DNA of 64,000 nucleotides, from contig NC_043011.1 in the NCBI RefSeq assembly GCF_006345805.1, positions 38,452,464-38,516,463 on the forward strand, read 5' to 3'. Below, in pieces: positions 25,831 through 38,839 of this stretch; position 1 is the stretch's first letter; the number at the start of each line of letters is the position of its first letter. Position numbers and translations under genes: made by a program. Source of the stretch: Octopus sinensis. Its lineage: Eukaryota. The notes beneath the pieces were generated by a model. That model did no database searches. It was not told the DNA's origin and was given only the letters and a program-made list of their open reading frames with translations.

Positions 25831-26315
25831 ATGGATATTTTAATGAAATTTAAGAGAAAAAAAAGCCAAGATGAACTACATTTAGGGTTCAAAGTGGATT
25901 TTGCTAAAATTTTAATGATATAGATTTTAAAAAGGGTGGCATAACCATAAATCTTAAAAGGAGAACGTAAAACTTTAAATAAAACACACAAACAATGTAC
26001 TTACTTATAAATGCTTATGAGTGCACAGAGTTACAGCAAATAAGGAATAGTTAGAAAAATATAACAAAATTAAGTATAACTTGGTTAATAGGCTCTAGTG
26101 CAGATCTGATACCCTCGAGGTTAAATCACTAATATATATATATATATAAGACTCACAAAAAATTATCTAATTATTTAAAAGAAGAATGTAGTATGCTCGG
26201 AAATGATATAATTGTTAAATAAATGCAAATATTTCAAAATATAACATAGGCTACATGAAAAATTATCATGTATATTCTAACACTGTGTGTATACATACAT
26301 ACATACATACATATA

Positions 26316-26389
<74 letters not shown>

Positions 26390-26659
26390 CATACATGTAC
26401 ATCCTTCGGGCATTATACATATACGTGTATAAATGTGAACTTTTATGCATTGTACGTATGCTTTGGGTAATACACACACACACCGAACCATTAAAATAAC
26501 GCGAGACGTGTGTGAGTGTGAAATATGTTTTAATCTCATTCTGTCAGCGATTTTGATAAATCTGATAAAGTCAATTTCTTGGATGCACTTTGAACAGTGT
26601 CTATGACTCGTTGTCATGAGGGCGGATCCAGAACATAGAGATTGTACGGCGTGACATGT

Positions 26660-26857
26660 TCAAAACCGTGCTTTCCCCCATTGAGTGTTCAAGATGGACA
26701 TATCCCGTTGGTACATGGAGTTCATGAGGCGGTTCACAAAAGCCGTTCGCACTTGTGCCCACACCCTGAGGAAAGATGCCTCCAGTCCCGCATGAGTTGT
26801 CGGCCTTGGGACCACCTGGTCCAGATGTCTCTGAGAATTTACACTTATATTAGTCAC
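26660..26857 (-). pseudogene. Tc1-like transposase C-terminal fragment
   Basis: QRHLDQVVPRPTTHAGLEASFLRVWAQVRTAFVNRLMNSMYQR...NTQWGKARF* fits the Tc1 C-terminal pattern (P.T...L...L...W..I....I..LI.SM.RR...VI...GG.T.Y). Confidence 0.7.
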
Positions 26858-26884
26858 CGTATTTTAACTTTACAAATTCAATAT

Positions 26885-27260
26885 GGGTGCAGTTGTGGCA
26901 GTGTCGGGAGAAGTTTGCTTCCCAGCCACTTGGATTCGGTTTCAGCCCCACTACCAGGCAACCCTCGGCGACTCACGGGAATTCCGAAGCAGGGGATTCA
27001 GTTGGTCTTACACATGAATCCTCATCGGCGAACGACGGGAATCCACGATGTATGAAAATGTCTACTCTCTAGCAGACCAAAGCCTTGTGAGTGGATTTGG
27101 TAGATGGAAACTGAACGAAGCCCATCGGATATATGTATATACATGTGTGTGTCTGTGTGTGTGTTTTTGTCCACCGACTACCGGTTGAAAAATGGTGCCG
27201 GTATATTTGCATACCCGTAACTTAAACCGATAGAATAAGCACCAGGCTTATAAAAAAGTA
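26885..27260 (+). mobile_element. Degraded family A SINE with a ~100-bp foreign internal segment
   Basis: The head and the GACCAAAGCCTTGTGAGTGGATTTGG body are family A. About 26965-27065 is unrelated and GC-richer. Confidence 0.7.
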
Positions 27261-28364
27261 AGTACTACGGCAGTAGTAAGTACCTGTTTCATTATTTGTA
27301 TTCAGTAACTATGCATATAGTCTTTTACCAGTAAGTGCAAATAGTCATGTATATATTATAATTTTTACACTCATCTAATTTTCCGGCTCCAAATTGTGTC
27401 CCTCGTTTGTCATGCATTTTTTCTAATTCTAAGGAAGCTACATTACGCATTGCTATAATTTCTTACCAACTGAGGCCGGCGCCCCCACACATACACATAC
27501 GTAAAAACGCATACATCCACGCGCACACAAATACACACACACACACACCCACGGACACACAAACACACACACACACCTAGGCACACAAATACACACACAC
27601 ACACTCATACAAACATGTACGTGTTTCTGTGTCGTTTTACCTCATGCCTAGAAACATGCAGAAATATGCTTTGTTGGTGTTCTATTAATGTTTCCATTGT
27701 ATTTGAGCTGATATGTTTTTTTGGGGTTTTTTTTTATCAAAGTATCATCTAGAAATTCAGAAGATCGATTTCGCTGAGTATTGTGTCCATAGCATTCTCT
27801 ATAATTAACGTAAGAGCAGTGATGTATCAGATACACGGCATAAAATTAGCGTCTTTTTTAGTATAAGCAGACGTATCGTCAGCAAAATTTCTGATACAAA
27901 CCTATATATATTCTTTATAAGAATAACAGTTTTAGATGTTAGTGTGCTATTTGGCAAAACAACACCTTTTGTTTTGATTTATGCTACTCGAGTCTTTTGT
28001 AATTTTGCGTGCTTATATTGAATCCAAGCGCATTTGATTTGCGTATATAAAATTGCCACGGAAAACTGAAAAGCACTCTCGTTTTAGTTTTTATATCATA
28101 CATTTGGTGTTTATTATTAAAATCTTGATTGGTGGATCGCCTTTTTGGAGAAAGTCACGAGTGCTGTTTTGTTATCCATTCTTTTTGGATTATTTAGCAA
28201 TTTATTCGTTCACCGATGGTGGATACATAGGCAAATTTGATTTGTTATATTTTTCCCCCTCAAAACGCACCGAATATTCCAATAAGGAACTAGAGATAAG
28301 AGCATTTTGCACTTGTTTACGATTTTGTATAAATATATGTATAGCAAATACTGCATGTATATAT

Positions 28365-28399
<35 letters not shown>

Positions 28400-28608
28400 C
28401 TGTAAATATAATATGTAACAACCTTTCTATCAATATATATATATGTATATGTATTCTGAAAGTAAACGCACTATACTCCACACATTGAATTCTATTAATG
28501 ATGTGTGTGCGAGTGTATGTATATTGGTGCGTATGTATATGTGTGTGTGTGCATATTAGGACGTGTATATTTGTGTGTATATGCGTATGTATTTGTGTAT
28601 ATGTGAGT

Positions 28609-28641
<33 letters not shown>

Positions 28642-28668
28642 GTATCTACCTCTCTCTCTTTCTCTCTG

Positions 28669-28713
<45 letters not shown>

Positions 28714-29031
28714 CCATATTTCTATGCATACGTGACTGAAGAAGTGAATATTCAAATATAGAGATATCTGGAAACCGAACGTAAAGCACATCTGTATCTA
28801 TAAATTATGTAACAATATCATATTTACGTTAGACAAACCATCATCCTGCTATATGTATTTCCTCATAATATTTTTGAATAAATAAAAAATGAAAAGTTAC
28901 CTGTAAACAAGATATTCTGATGCTTGACAACATGTTTGGACGAATTCACCAGTTTACAATGGTTTGCCATGTTTGCTAAAATACCTGTATACACGAAGGT
29001 GTTATAAATATTCTCATAAATATTATCATAG

Positions 29032-29201
29032 GCGTAGGAGTGACTGTGTGATAAGTAGCTTGCTTACCAACTAGATGGTTCCGGGTTCATTCCCACTGTG
29101 GGGCACCTTGGGCAAGTGTCTTCTACTATAGCCTCGGGCCGACCAAAGCCTTGTGAGTGGATTTGGTAGACGGAAACTGAAAGAAGCCCGTCGTACATAA
29201 G

Positions 29202-29233
<32 letters not shown>

Positions 29234-29490
29234 CGTGTGTGTGGGTGTGTGTGTGTGTGCGTGTGTGTGTATGTTTGCACGTCTGTGTTTGTTCCCCCCC
29301 GCAACATTGCTTAACAATCGATGGTGGTGTGTTTACGTCCCCATAACTTAGCGGTTCGGGAAAACAGACCGATAGAATAAGTACTAGGCTTCCAAGGATT
29401 AGTCCTGGGGTCGATTTGCTCGACTAAAGGCAGTGCTCCAGCATGAGCGCAATAAAAGGACTGAAACAAGTAAAAGAGAAAAGAGAGAGA
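29032..29490 (+). mobile_element. Family A SINE, full length
   Basis: GGCGTAGGAGTGACTGTGTG head through GGCAGTGCTCCAGCATGAGCGCAAT...GACTGAAACAAGTAAAAGAG tail. Confidence 0.92.
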
Positions 29491-30017
29491 GCGAATCTGT
29501 ATAGATATGGAGGTATACATATTTGTATTTATATTTGCATGTATTTATGTATGCGTATGCGTATACGTGTCTGAATGTGAAAGTCTGTCTTGAACTTAGA
29601 GGATCATTATTGCTTTTGTCGGAGCTTATTGTGTTTGTCCTTTTAATTCATTACACGGAAAAATGAATTTACTAACAGAGGTGTACTGTTCAAGTGTCCA
29701 CAAGTGGTAAAAGAAAAGTCGCAGTATCTGTAGTTGAAAATCCTTAAAATGAAAATTACGTTACTCGTGTAATCCTGTGAAACCGTGCATGAAATGAAGA
29801 ATAAGAGGATGGAGTTCCGGCTTTTAAAACAAGTGCTTTATGGTACATTACGTTTATGAGATAGTATGACTTAGAACTTCGATAGAGATCTAAAACTACG
29901 CAAAATGTACTTGCCAACTTGGATTGTAAGATATTATAGTTTCAACAGTTTGTAGTCAGAAATCAGTAGAAGGAAATCAGAAAGCAGCAGACGGTAATCA
30001 ACTGCAAGTCATCGTGT

Positions 30018-30640
30018 ATTAGAAACATGGGCGAAACGTTTCTTTTTGTCATGCCAGAGCATGGAACTATGAACGATAAAGGATAAAGATCATTGGTGAT
30101 GAGAACAACTGGCTGCTGGAAAAGTAGAATTATTTTAGTTCTTTCTTCTGTGGCTAATGGTACAATGTTAAAACCAATGATTGTTTTAAAGAGAAAACTC
30201 TACCACAGTAGATGTTTCATCCATGTGCATCCACAGATCAAAATTGATAAGATCAGATATAGAAAATGGATAAAGTGAGTTGAGAGTTTTCGACCCGGTG
30301 GATTACGAAAGAGAATATTTGCTTGTCTAGAACTGGTTTAAGGCACATTTAGTGAAAAACTTTACTGTTTACCTCCGACCACACAACGCCAACAGCTGTG
30401 ATCCCTGACGGATTTGAACATCCTTAGAATCCATTAGGTGTTAACCACGAGAAGCCATTTAACGATATATGAGAATCAAGAGGAATAACTGAATGTATGA
30501 TGGGGAAACGAATGAAGGAAGTATGCAAGCTCCGTCATTGCCTCTTATCTGTGATTGAATTGTTGATCCAAGGAAGGAAATAAAGCCTGGCACTCCTGTC
30601 AAATCATTCATGAAATGTAGAAATTCAAATGAAATGGATA
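30018..30640 (+). pseudogene. pogo/Tigger-group (DDE_1) transposase remnant
   Basis: Frameshifted translation IRNMGET..MP..GT...KG...VMRTTG..KSRI..VL...ANGTMLKPMIVLKRK...HVHP...RPGGLRK...W.KAHL...AVIP...PL.V..PF...W...IKP...VKSF.KC matches pogo-type DDE_1 domains. Confidence 0.8.
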
Positions 30641-32060
30641 ACAGAAAATGATTATCTACAAAATAACATGAACGTCAAATGTTTGGTATGTTACTCCTCC
30701 ATCGGGTCTCATACGAAATATTTTATTCATTCTTTGACAATCACCCCTTGTCTAGGCTGCAGATTTCTATATCAATCAGCCTTTTTTTTTTCTTTTACGT
30801 AAGCTCAAGCGCCTGATGCAGGAATTAAACACCAAATGTAGTGATCACATTAGTCAGGCTGTGTTTACGAACATTCTATTCATCGTTTCACCTCCCATTA
30901 TCGTTCGATATATCTGAAATATGTGTAGAATATCCATTTAAAATAGATCACCAACTGCTTTATAAATAAATGCATATAATAATGCAGTTTAAAAGAAAAT
31001 ACCAAAATATTACTGAATAAAAGACGCAAATATCACACCTGAAATGACTTTGATTAAAGATATGTTCCATTAATTCTGCTCTTAATCAACACTCATAGCA
31101 ACGATGTTTTCAGATTTTTAAAAAGGCAAACACTGCCAAATAACTTCTCTAAGAGAATTTATAGTTAAATCGATATCGGTGCTTGACTGGTATTCCATTA
31201 CTATTTCGTGGTTTCTTTTATGGTTTTCAAGAATTTCGATTTAAAATCGTGTTGAAACCCATATTGTTCTATTTTCAGAGATTCATAACATTAACGCCTA
31301 TAAGCATACTTACCGTTTTTTCTTTATCTATATATTTTTTTACCTAATCCAATATGTCTTTTTTTTTTCACCACATCACCTCAGATCTTATTCGTGTATA
31401 AACAATAAGTTCCATCATTTATAATATCCATACTCATTCAAAAGACCGCTGAAATAATGGTACAAAAACTGGTGGGGTGGCGCGAGAGTTATACAGAGAA
31501 ACAACAAGCGGCGTGTGCAACTCTATTTAATAAAACCTGCAATTTTTGAGGGACACAGTTAAATAAACACACAAGACACGAACTTAGATTTTAATGATTT
31601 TAGTTAAAACTTAAAAGATATTCTCACATTCACAGTCCGTCTTTTACAAGTTTATAAAGAGAGAGAAAAATACAAATTGTTTTCAGACTCTAAAGATAGA
31701 TATTTCAATATTGTAATATATTTTCAATTGTCCATGACGTTCATTTTGGGTTAACTAATATGTCTGCCATTTTTTTTTCTCATTCTCACTATAGAAAACT
31801 GTTTGTGTTATGAAGAAAATATCAAATACAATATTCATTTGTATTTGTATTATTTCGTATTATGTTTCTTCTTATTTTATGGATAAAAAGTAAACAGTAT
31901 CAGACAAATACTAGAAAAAATGTTAAGAACACTCGGTTAAATAATCATTTTCCTGACATGTCTAACATTACAAGTATACGTACACACGTACATGCGCATA
32001 CATGTATATGTCTATATATATACATATATATAAGTATACGTGTGTGTGCGTGTGTGTCTG

Positions 32061-32090
<30 letters not shown>

Positions 32091-32091
<1 letters not shown>

Positions 32092-33533
32092 GCGTGTGTG
32101 TGTGTATACTCATACAGACACAAATGTGATAAATAGATATGTAACTGCTAAAATGTATATATATCAAGTTATCGACAAATACATATGCATAATATACATA
32201 CACACACACACACATACATATATATATATGTATATATACGCACATATAAATGCATGTGTGCACATGCGTCTTTGTATATCATATGTATATTATATGAATG
32301 TACCTAGGTATATTTGTATGTAGATACAATTACAAACGAGCAACGCATATATACATGTATATGTGTGTGTGAGGTGTTTACGTATGTAAAAATATAAGCA
32401 TCTATGTACAGATGTAGACGTGTATGTACATATGTATATACTATGCATGGATGTAAGCATGTACAAGATGAACATTGAAATAAACAAGTCTGTTATTTAT
32501 ACAATATCATATTTCTAACAAATATTCTGAACTAACCATCTTCCTCAATTCATTTTGTTCACGAAGATAAAAGAACCAGCAAATAACAGGTGTTTTACGC
32601 CGGTGTGCAAATAATGTTTTCCTTTGCATCCATGTTATAATCTAGCGCAGTATTATTTAATCTTATCATGTCAACACGGACAATTAGTTCAAAACTTTGG
32701 TAAGAAATATTTCCTCAATTCAGATTTTCTGAAATCGATTTTAATAACTTCTCTTTTTTACTTACTCAATATATATCTTCATATATATTATGTATGTATA
32801 TATATATATATATTATATATATATATATGCGTGTGTGTGTGTATACTCATACAGACACAAATGTGATAAATAGATATGTAACTGCTAAAATGTATATATA
32901 TCAAGTTATCGACAAATACATATGCATAAATATACATACACACACACACACATACATATATATATATATGTATATATACGCACATATAAATGCATGTGTG
33001 CACATGCGTCTTTGTATATCATATGTATATTATATGAATGTACCTAGGTATATTTGTATGTAGATACAATTACAAACGAGCAACGCATATATACATGTAT
33101 ATGTGTGTGTGAGGTGTTTACGTATGTAAAAATATAAGCATCTATGTACAGATGTAGACGTGTATGTACATATGTATATACTATGCATGGATGTAAGCAT
33201 GTACAAGATGAACATTGAAATAAACAAGTCTGTTATTTATACAATATCATATTTCTAACAAATATTCTGAACTAACCATCTTCCTCAATTCATTTTGTTC
33301 ACGAAGATAAAAGAACCAGCAAATAACAGGTGTTTTACGCCGGTGTGCAAATAATGTTTTCCTTTGCATCCATGTTATAATCTAGCGCAGTATTATTTAA
33401 TCTTATCATGTCAACACGGACAATTAGTTCAAAACTTTGGTAAGAAATATTTCCTCAATTCAGATTTTCTGAAATCGATTTTAATAACTTCTCTTTTTTA
33501 CTTACTCAATATATATCTTCATATATATTTATG

Positions 33534-33540
<7 letters not shown>
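32091..33540. repeat. ~740-bp near-identical tandem duplication
   Basis: Unit 1 is ~32091-32827 and unit 2 is ~32828-33540. The supplied ORFs recur with a 740-nt offset (32290/33030, 32624/33364). Confidence 0.95.
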
Positions 33541-33589
<49 letters not shown>

Positions 33590-34400
33590 TATATCTATGC
33601 TTATAAATTTCTATATATCTATACATATATATTTCTACTTTATATTTAAATATACATACATACATACATACATACATACATACATAATACATACATATAT
33701 ATACACCACACACACAAACACATATATATATATATATATACATACACACATATGTATATATATATATATGCGAGTGTGTGTGTGTGTATGTGTGCGTGTG
33801 TGTATGTGTGTGTGTGTGTATACTTGAATATTTGTCCTAATGCAGCTCACAGCATGCTGAAAGTATTTTTACATGTTCGTGTGTGTATACAAGAATCATG
33901 TAGATGCAACTCGGAGATTAGGCAGTATACTCCATAATGTGTGTGTGTATGTGTGTGCGTGTGTGCGCGCGCAGTGTGCTTGCGTGCGAATGTGTGTATG
34001 TATTTATGTATGTGTATATGTATGCAGTTGAGTGTAAAACGATAGTAATGGAAATGAAACGCACACCACGTACTATATATACATACATTTGTATATGAAG
34101 ATGTGTGTATGTATATAGTAAACTTGCTTTCAGTACAGCTCTTAGCATAGATAAATATTTTTGTGTTTCTATGCTTTTGCCTCGAAATAATATGGCGTTA
34201 AACGTAAACCAACATAATATGCAGGACACATTTGTAGGGTTATGTTATGTTTGCGCCTATATGTAGTTGTGTCAGTTCTAGTGTGTATGTAGGGGGAAAG
34301 GGTTCGTGTGTAAACAAATGATGCAATATGAAACAAGCAAAGATAGCTATGCGGTTATCTTTTCCTCTTTCTGTTGAAAATTTTGAAGTTTTATTTCATA

Positions 34401-35994
34401 CTAGCATTATGACCCGTCGTTGCCGGGTCATAGTGCTAGTGCATGTATATATGTGTATATATATGTGTACATATTACATGTATATCTATATCTACACATC
34501 TACACATAAAATACACAATACAAAGTTATATCTTGATATCGCTAGTGATAACAATACTCAAAATATATAACAGACTGGAATTGTAGGCCCGTCTCTTGCA
34601 ATTTCGATCAATTGTATCTTGTCCTCCCTCTTGTATAGAAGTGTGGCTACTATCCAGCCTACCTCTACTTCTGGGGGGACATTTAAAATTTTTATCCGGG
34701 ACGTCCTACGTCCCAGATATAAAGGTAAAAAAATAATATTTCTACTTTGCAAGGTTCTAGTCGAGTACTACCTTGCACGCTCCGTTGACTCGAAACTTGC
34801 TTCTATTGTGGCGAATTTACCGCCTCTGGTTAGATATTTTTCATAGTCGCACCAAGACACTTTTCGATGGTGCTTTCCTCCATGTGTTCAAATCTTTTTT
34901 TTTTCTCTGCATTGTATACTTTATAGACAATAGTATTCTCTTTAATTTAATTTTTTATTTCGTTTGGTGGTGTTATCCTAGATTCACCGTCTTTGTCGGT
35001 GATCAATCCCAAATAGGTTTGTATTTCTTCCATTTTAATTTTAATGAGTTCGCGCCCGCCGACGGCTGCAGCGAAATTCATTTTGGACCTTCTTCAATCG
35101 AAGGCATTCAAACAAAAGTGCTTCTGTGTAAACGGTAAAAATATTGTCAATTTCCCCAAACAGGGACACAAATCAATTTTTAAACAATAACCAAAGCTCC
35201 TTCTTCAAAGGAGGAGGGTTACAGTTTACAATTATTTAACAAATGCAACACAACAACGTTTCCCTTACGAGGAACCAACAAACGTGATAACAATAGCTAA
35301 ACAGTAATAATAATAACAACAAACCTTACGGTGAATCAAAAAGCAGTACGCAGTTGAAGCTATAGTTCTTTATGTATAAGAAATAAACCAACAGCAGTAC
35401 TCAGTAGAAGCGGCTGTTCGAGAAAACAGACATTACATACAACCAAACTTCATATAGATACTTAATGCTAGCTAATTAGCAGATAATCTAATGTAAAAGC
35501 CGTGGTAAAGTGTATTTGCACAGCTCCATCTGGACTATTTCATTTCTGCACATTAATTTTATTTTTAATTTATTCCCATTCATGTGAAACCACTTATTCA
35601 TGTTCGAGTCATTGATGCAATTTTATATCAATTGCTATTTTTAATTTTGTTATGTTACGATATAATTTAGTTTGATTTTAATTATTACTTACTGCATATA
35701 ATTCAATTGTTATTATTATCTCTAATTTTTATTGTTAAAGTGAAAGTATCTGACATAAAATAGAGAAATGGTTTTGTTTCACTTTTAACACGTAATACTG
35801 AAATAGTGGAGAAGATATGATATTGCTATGGGCCCGCCCTAGGCAAGACGTTGAACATGTTTTTGCCCATGGAACTATATGGACCCTAAGTAAGGCATGT
35901 GTAAAATTTCAATGAAATTGGTTGTGTAGTTCTCAAGTTTTAGGGAAACACACAGACAGACAGACACACATTCTCAGTTTTATATGTATAGAGA
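34401..35994 (-). mobile_element. Non-autonomous Helitron with foreign internal sequence
   Basis: Minus 5' end A|TCTCTATACATATAAAACTGAGAATGTGTGTCTGTCTG at 35994. Minus 3' end ...CCCGGCAACGACGGG-TCATAATGCTAG|T at 34401. The TC...CTAG termini, AT target and subterminal hairpin are Helitron hallmarks. That both ends belong to one element is inference. Confidence 0.65.
34560..35420 (-). pseudogene. Putative LINE 5' UTR and ORF1-like fragment (L1/Tx1-like)
   Basis: Interrupted minus reading MEEIQTYLGLITDKDGESRITPP...KENTIVYKVY...TRGGKFATIEASFES...IIFLPLYLGRRTSRIKILNVPPEVEVGWIVATLL. The RIKILNVP segment resembles RRM-like ORF1 regions. Classification is tentative. Confidence 0.4.
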
Positions 35995-36317
35995 TAACTG
36001 GTGCAGTATTGTCGCTTTACTGCTACTTTACCACCCTCCCCACACACAGTCACTCACACATATATATTACATATGCATATGTATGTAAATAGATAAGCAG
36101 GCGTGTATATATATATATAGAGAGAGATTTATATATATATATGAATATATATCTGTATGTATGTATATATATTTGTATGTATGTATATGTATATCTGTAT
36201 GTATGTATATATATATATCAATAAATATATATACATATATGTATGCATATATGTATATATATACATATTTATACATATTTGTATGTATATATATATCTAT
36301 ATATATATATATATACT

Positions 36318-36509
36318 GTTTTAGTCGCTTCAGCTATGCGGTCGTGGTCATGCTGGAGCACCACCATGGGCGTTCTGACGTCCTCAGTCTGGGTGTTTCA
36401 CATCACTCATATGCCTTTGTTCCAGCTGTTGTTACCTGTGGTGTACAATAGTGTTTGATTCCGCTGCCCTCGTCCGTACCTCATGTCGGGCTGTTGGCTC
36501 ATCCGGTAT
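36318..36509 (-). mobile_element. Extreme 3' end of a second CR1-clade LINE
   Basis: Minus strand encodes IPDEPTARHEVRTRAAESNTIVHH*, homologous to IPDEPTSRHKTQRRAAPSNSLLHQ at 6138-6332. The 3' UTR contains GGTGGTGCTCCAGCATGACCAC. Confidence 0.85.
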
Positions 36510-36742
36510 TGAGCTGGCTGAATCGTTAGCACGCCAGGCAAAATGCTTAGCGGTATTTCGTCTGCCGTTACATTCTGAGTTCAAAATTCCGCCGTGGTCG
36601 ACTTTGCCTTTCATCCTTTCGGGGTCGATTGAATAAGTACCAGTTACGCACTGGTGTCAATATAATCGACTTAATCCGTTTGTCTGTCCTTGTTTATCCC
36701 CTCTGTGTGTAGCCCCTTGTGGGTAGTAAAGAAATAGGTATT
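36510..36742 (+). mobile_element. Family B SINE
   Basis: GAGCTGGCTGAATCGTTAGCACGCC...GGGTAGTAAAGAAATAGGTATT. Confidence 0.9.
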
Positions 36743-36799
36743 GTGTAGAGGAGAAAGTCTAGTTCCTCTTTGAAGATATCTACTTCCACCTTATGAAAT

Positions 36800-37095
36800 A
36801 AATTGTTGAAGTGGTAGCGTTGGTGTTGACGTCAGAGTCTTTGTTGGCGGTAATGATGAATGGCCTGGCGACCTTGGTTTTGTTGTTGTTGTTGTTGTTT
36901 TTGTTGGGGGTGAGGGTGGTGGTGTCAGTAGCAGAGGAAGCAGTTGTAGTAGCAGCAGAAGCTGCCGTGGTGGTAGTGTCGGTGTTGAAGGCGGAGACAT
37001 CGGTGGAGGTGACGGTGAATGGCCTTGTGACCTTGGTTTTGTTGTTGCTGTTGTTGATGCTGATGGTGGTGGTGGTGGTGGTGGTGTTAGTGGCG
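36800..37095. repeat. Cryptic (GTT/GGT) repeat with an internal ~45-bp duplication
   Basis: TGAATGGCCT(G/T)G(C/T)GACCTTGGTTTTGTTGTTG at ~36857 and ~37016. Confidence 0.7.
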
Positions 37096-37430
37096 TTCAA
37101 GCTATCAGGTGAGAAATACTGCTCTTTTGTTTCTGAAGCCTCGCTGTCATCACGCCTGACTTGCGCGCTGGCCTCGTGGTGGCCGCTGACCATTTTTGAA
37201 AATTAATATGACTAAAATCAAACCACTAAGCCTTTCAGAATTTTTTTAATTTAGCCCACAAAGCGGCGAAATTTTGTGTGGATGTTATTCAAGGTTTGGA
37301 TTGGATGTTGTTGCATAACTTTTAGACACAAAATGTTTGACAAAAGTAGATAGACAGATAGGTAGATAGATAGATAGATAGATAGATAGGTATGTAGATA
37401 GATAGATTGGTAGATAGATAGATAGATATG

Positions 37431-37545
37431 TTTCTTTATTAGCCACACAGGGCTGCACACAGACAGGACAAAATTACAAGGTAGAGCTTTTCTTTTGGGG
37501 GTAAAAGAAGGGGGTTTGGTTTTCGATCAAAATGGATCGTAAATG
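37431..37545 (-). mobile_element. Second putative Tx1-type LINE 3' end inside (GATA)n
   Basis: Paralogue of 8991-9125 (plus TTTCTTTATTAGCCACACAGGGCTG...GGTTTTCGATCAAA..GGATCGT). GATA arrays lie on both sides. Confidence 0.55.
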
Positions 37546-37589
37546 GAAAGAAAGAAGACAAAAAAGGGGGGGATAAAATAAAATTTAAA

Positions 37590-37673
<84 letters not shown>

Positions 37674-38334
37674 ATGGACAGATGGAGAGACAGAGAGACA
37701 GACAGACAGATAGATAGAGAGATAGACAGACAGACAGACAGAAAGATAGATATTCTCACATACAGCCTGTCAAACAGACAGAAAGACAGCTAGTTAGATA
37801 TGATGGATGTAACCCTCAATAAGATGTTCGTTCTTGGATAGATTAGCAGAAAATTTGATTGATATATATAATTCGTTCAGCAGACATTTAATTCAATAAT
37901 TAAATAGTCAGCTTTGAAAATAGTTAAGCCGGTGTTGGACAGTTAGTTAAATAGGAAGAATGATTAGGAACCAAGTGGTTTTAATTGATTCATACTTAAG
38001 ATAAAAAGAAAAGACATACATTATTAATATCACATATTTAATGTATGTGTAAAGTTAAACCCTATTACCTGTGGGTATTTCGTCTAAAGGAGGACTGCTT
38101 AAAGACGTATGGGGTTGAAAAATAGTGTAGTATACTTCAAACTAGGCGAAACGAACTTTTCTAGGAAGTGAACGAGAACCACAGTTATCGTTATTTCACC
38201 TTTTGGGGGCTCAACAGTATAATGTACTCCCCCCACTCCCCACTCCCCAAACAAATTCAAAATACCTGCTAAAAGTAGAATTATATAGCTGCTAGAATTA
38301 TATATATCAATCAAACTCTCTGCTAATCTATCTA

Positions 38335-38510
38335 GTGGTTAGAACAGTGAACTTGCGGTCGTAGGATCGCGGTTTCGATTCCCAGACGGGCAGTTGTGAG
38401 TGTATATTGAGCAAAAACAGCTAAAGGTCCACGAGGCTCCGGCAGGGGGTGGTGGTGATCCCTGCTGTACTCTTTCACCACAACTTTTTCTCACTCTTTC
38501 TTCTGTTGGC
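38335..38510 (+). mobile_element. Degraded family C SINE
   Basis: AGTGGTTAGAACAG...GCGGTCGTAGGATCGCGGTTTCGATTCCCAGAC...CTGTACTCTTTCACCACAAC. Confidence 0.8.
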
Positions 38511-38654
38511 CTTGATAAGATGTGAAACAGCTACATTAAGAAGAAGAATATCTACTTAAAGAAACAAAACGACATGTATAGAAAGAGAATAATATAAACA
38601 AACCACAGAAGGACAAAATGGAATGAGCAGGACAAGAGAAGAGACATGTAGTAG

Positions 38655-38699
38655 AGTCACTGATGAGGTCACAGAATGTGTGACGAAAGAACATCGATT
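38655..38699 (+). ncRNA. Hammerhead-like motif with decayed cleavage site
   Basis: CUGAUGA (38660-38666)-G-GUCACA-GAAUG-UGUGAC-GAAA. Same stem II as the Penelope-linked motif at 56546-56589. Stem III and the UH site are not intact. Confidence 0.6.
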
Positions 38700-38839
38700 G
38701 AAGTATAAAATAAAAATGATAAAAATAAAGATTAAAATGAAGATCGAATAAATAGTGAGCGAGTTTAATTATCAAAAGAAAATTGACCATCCCCAAGTAT
38801 AAGAAAAGAAATAATGTTTAAGCAGGATAAATAATGTAT

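Noticed and set aside
27860-27900. Minus-strand FADD motif as a reverse transcriptase fragment
   Set aside because: No upstream QG motif or other RT motifs in frame, so it is probably chance.
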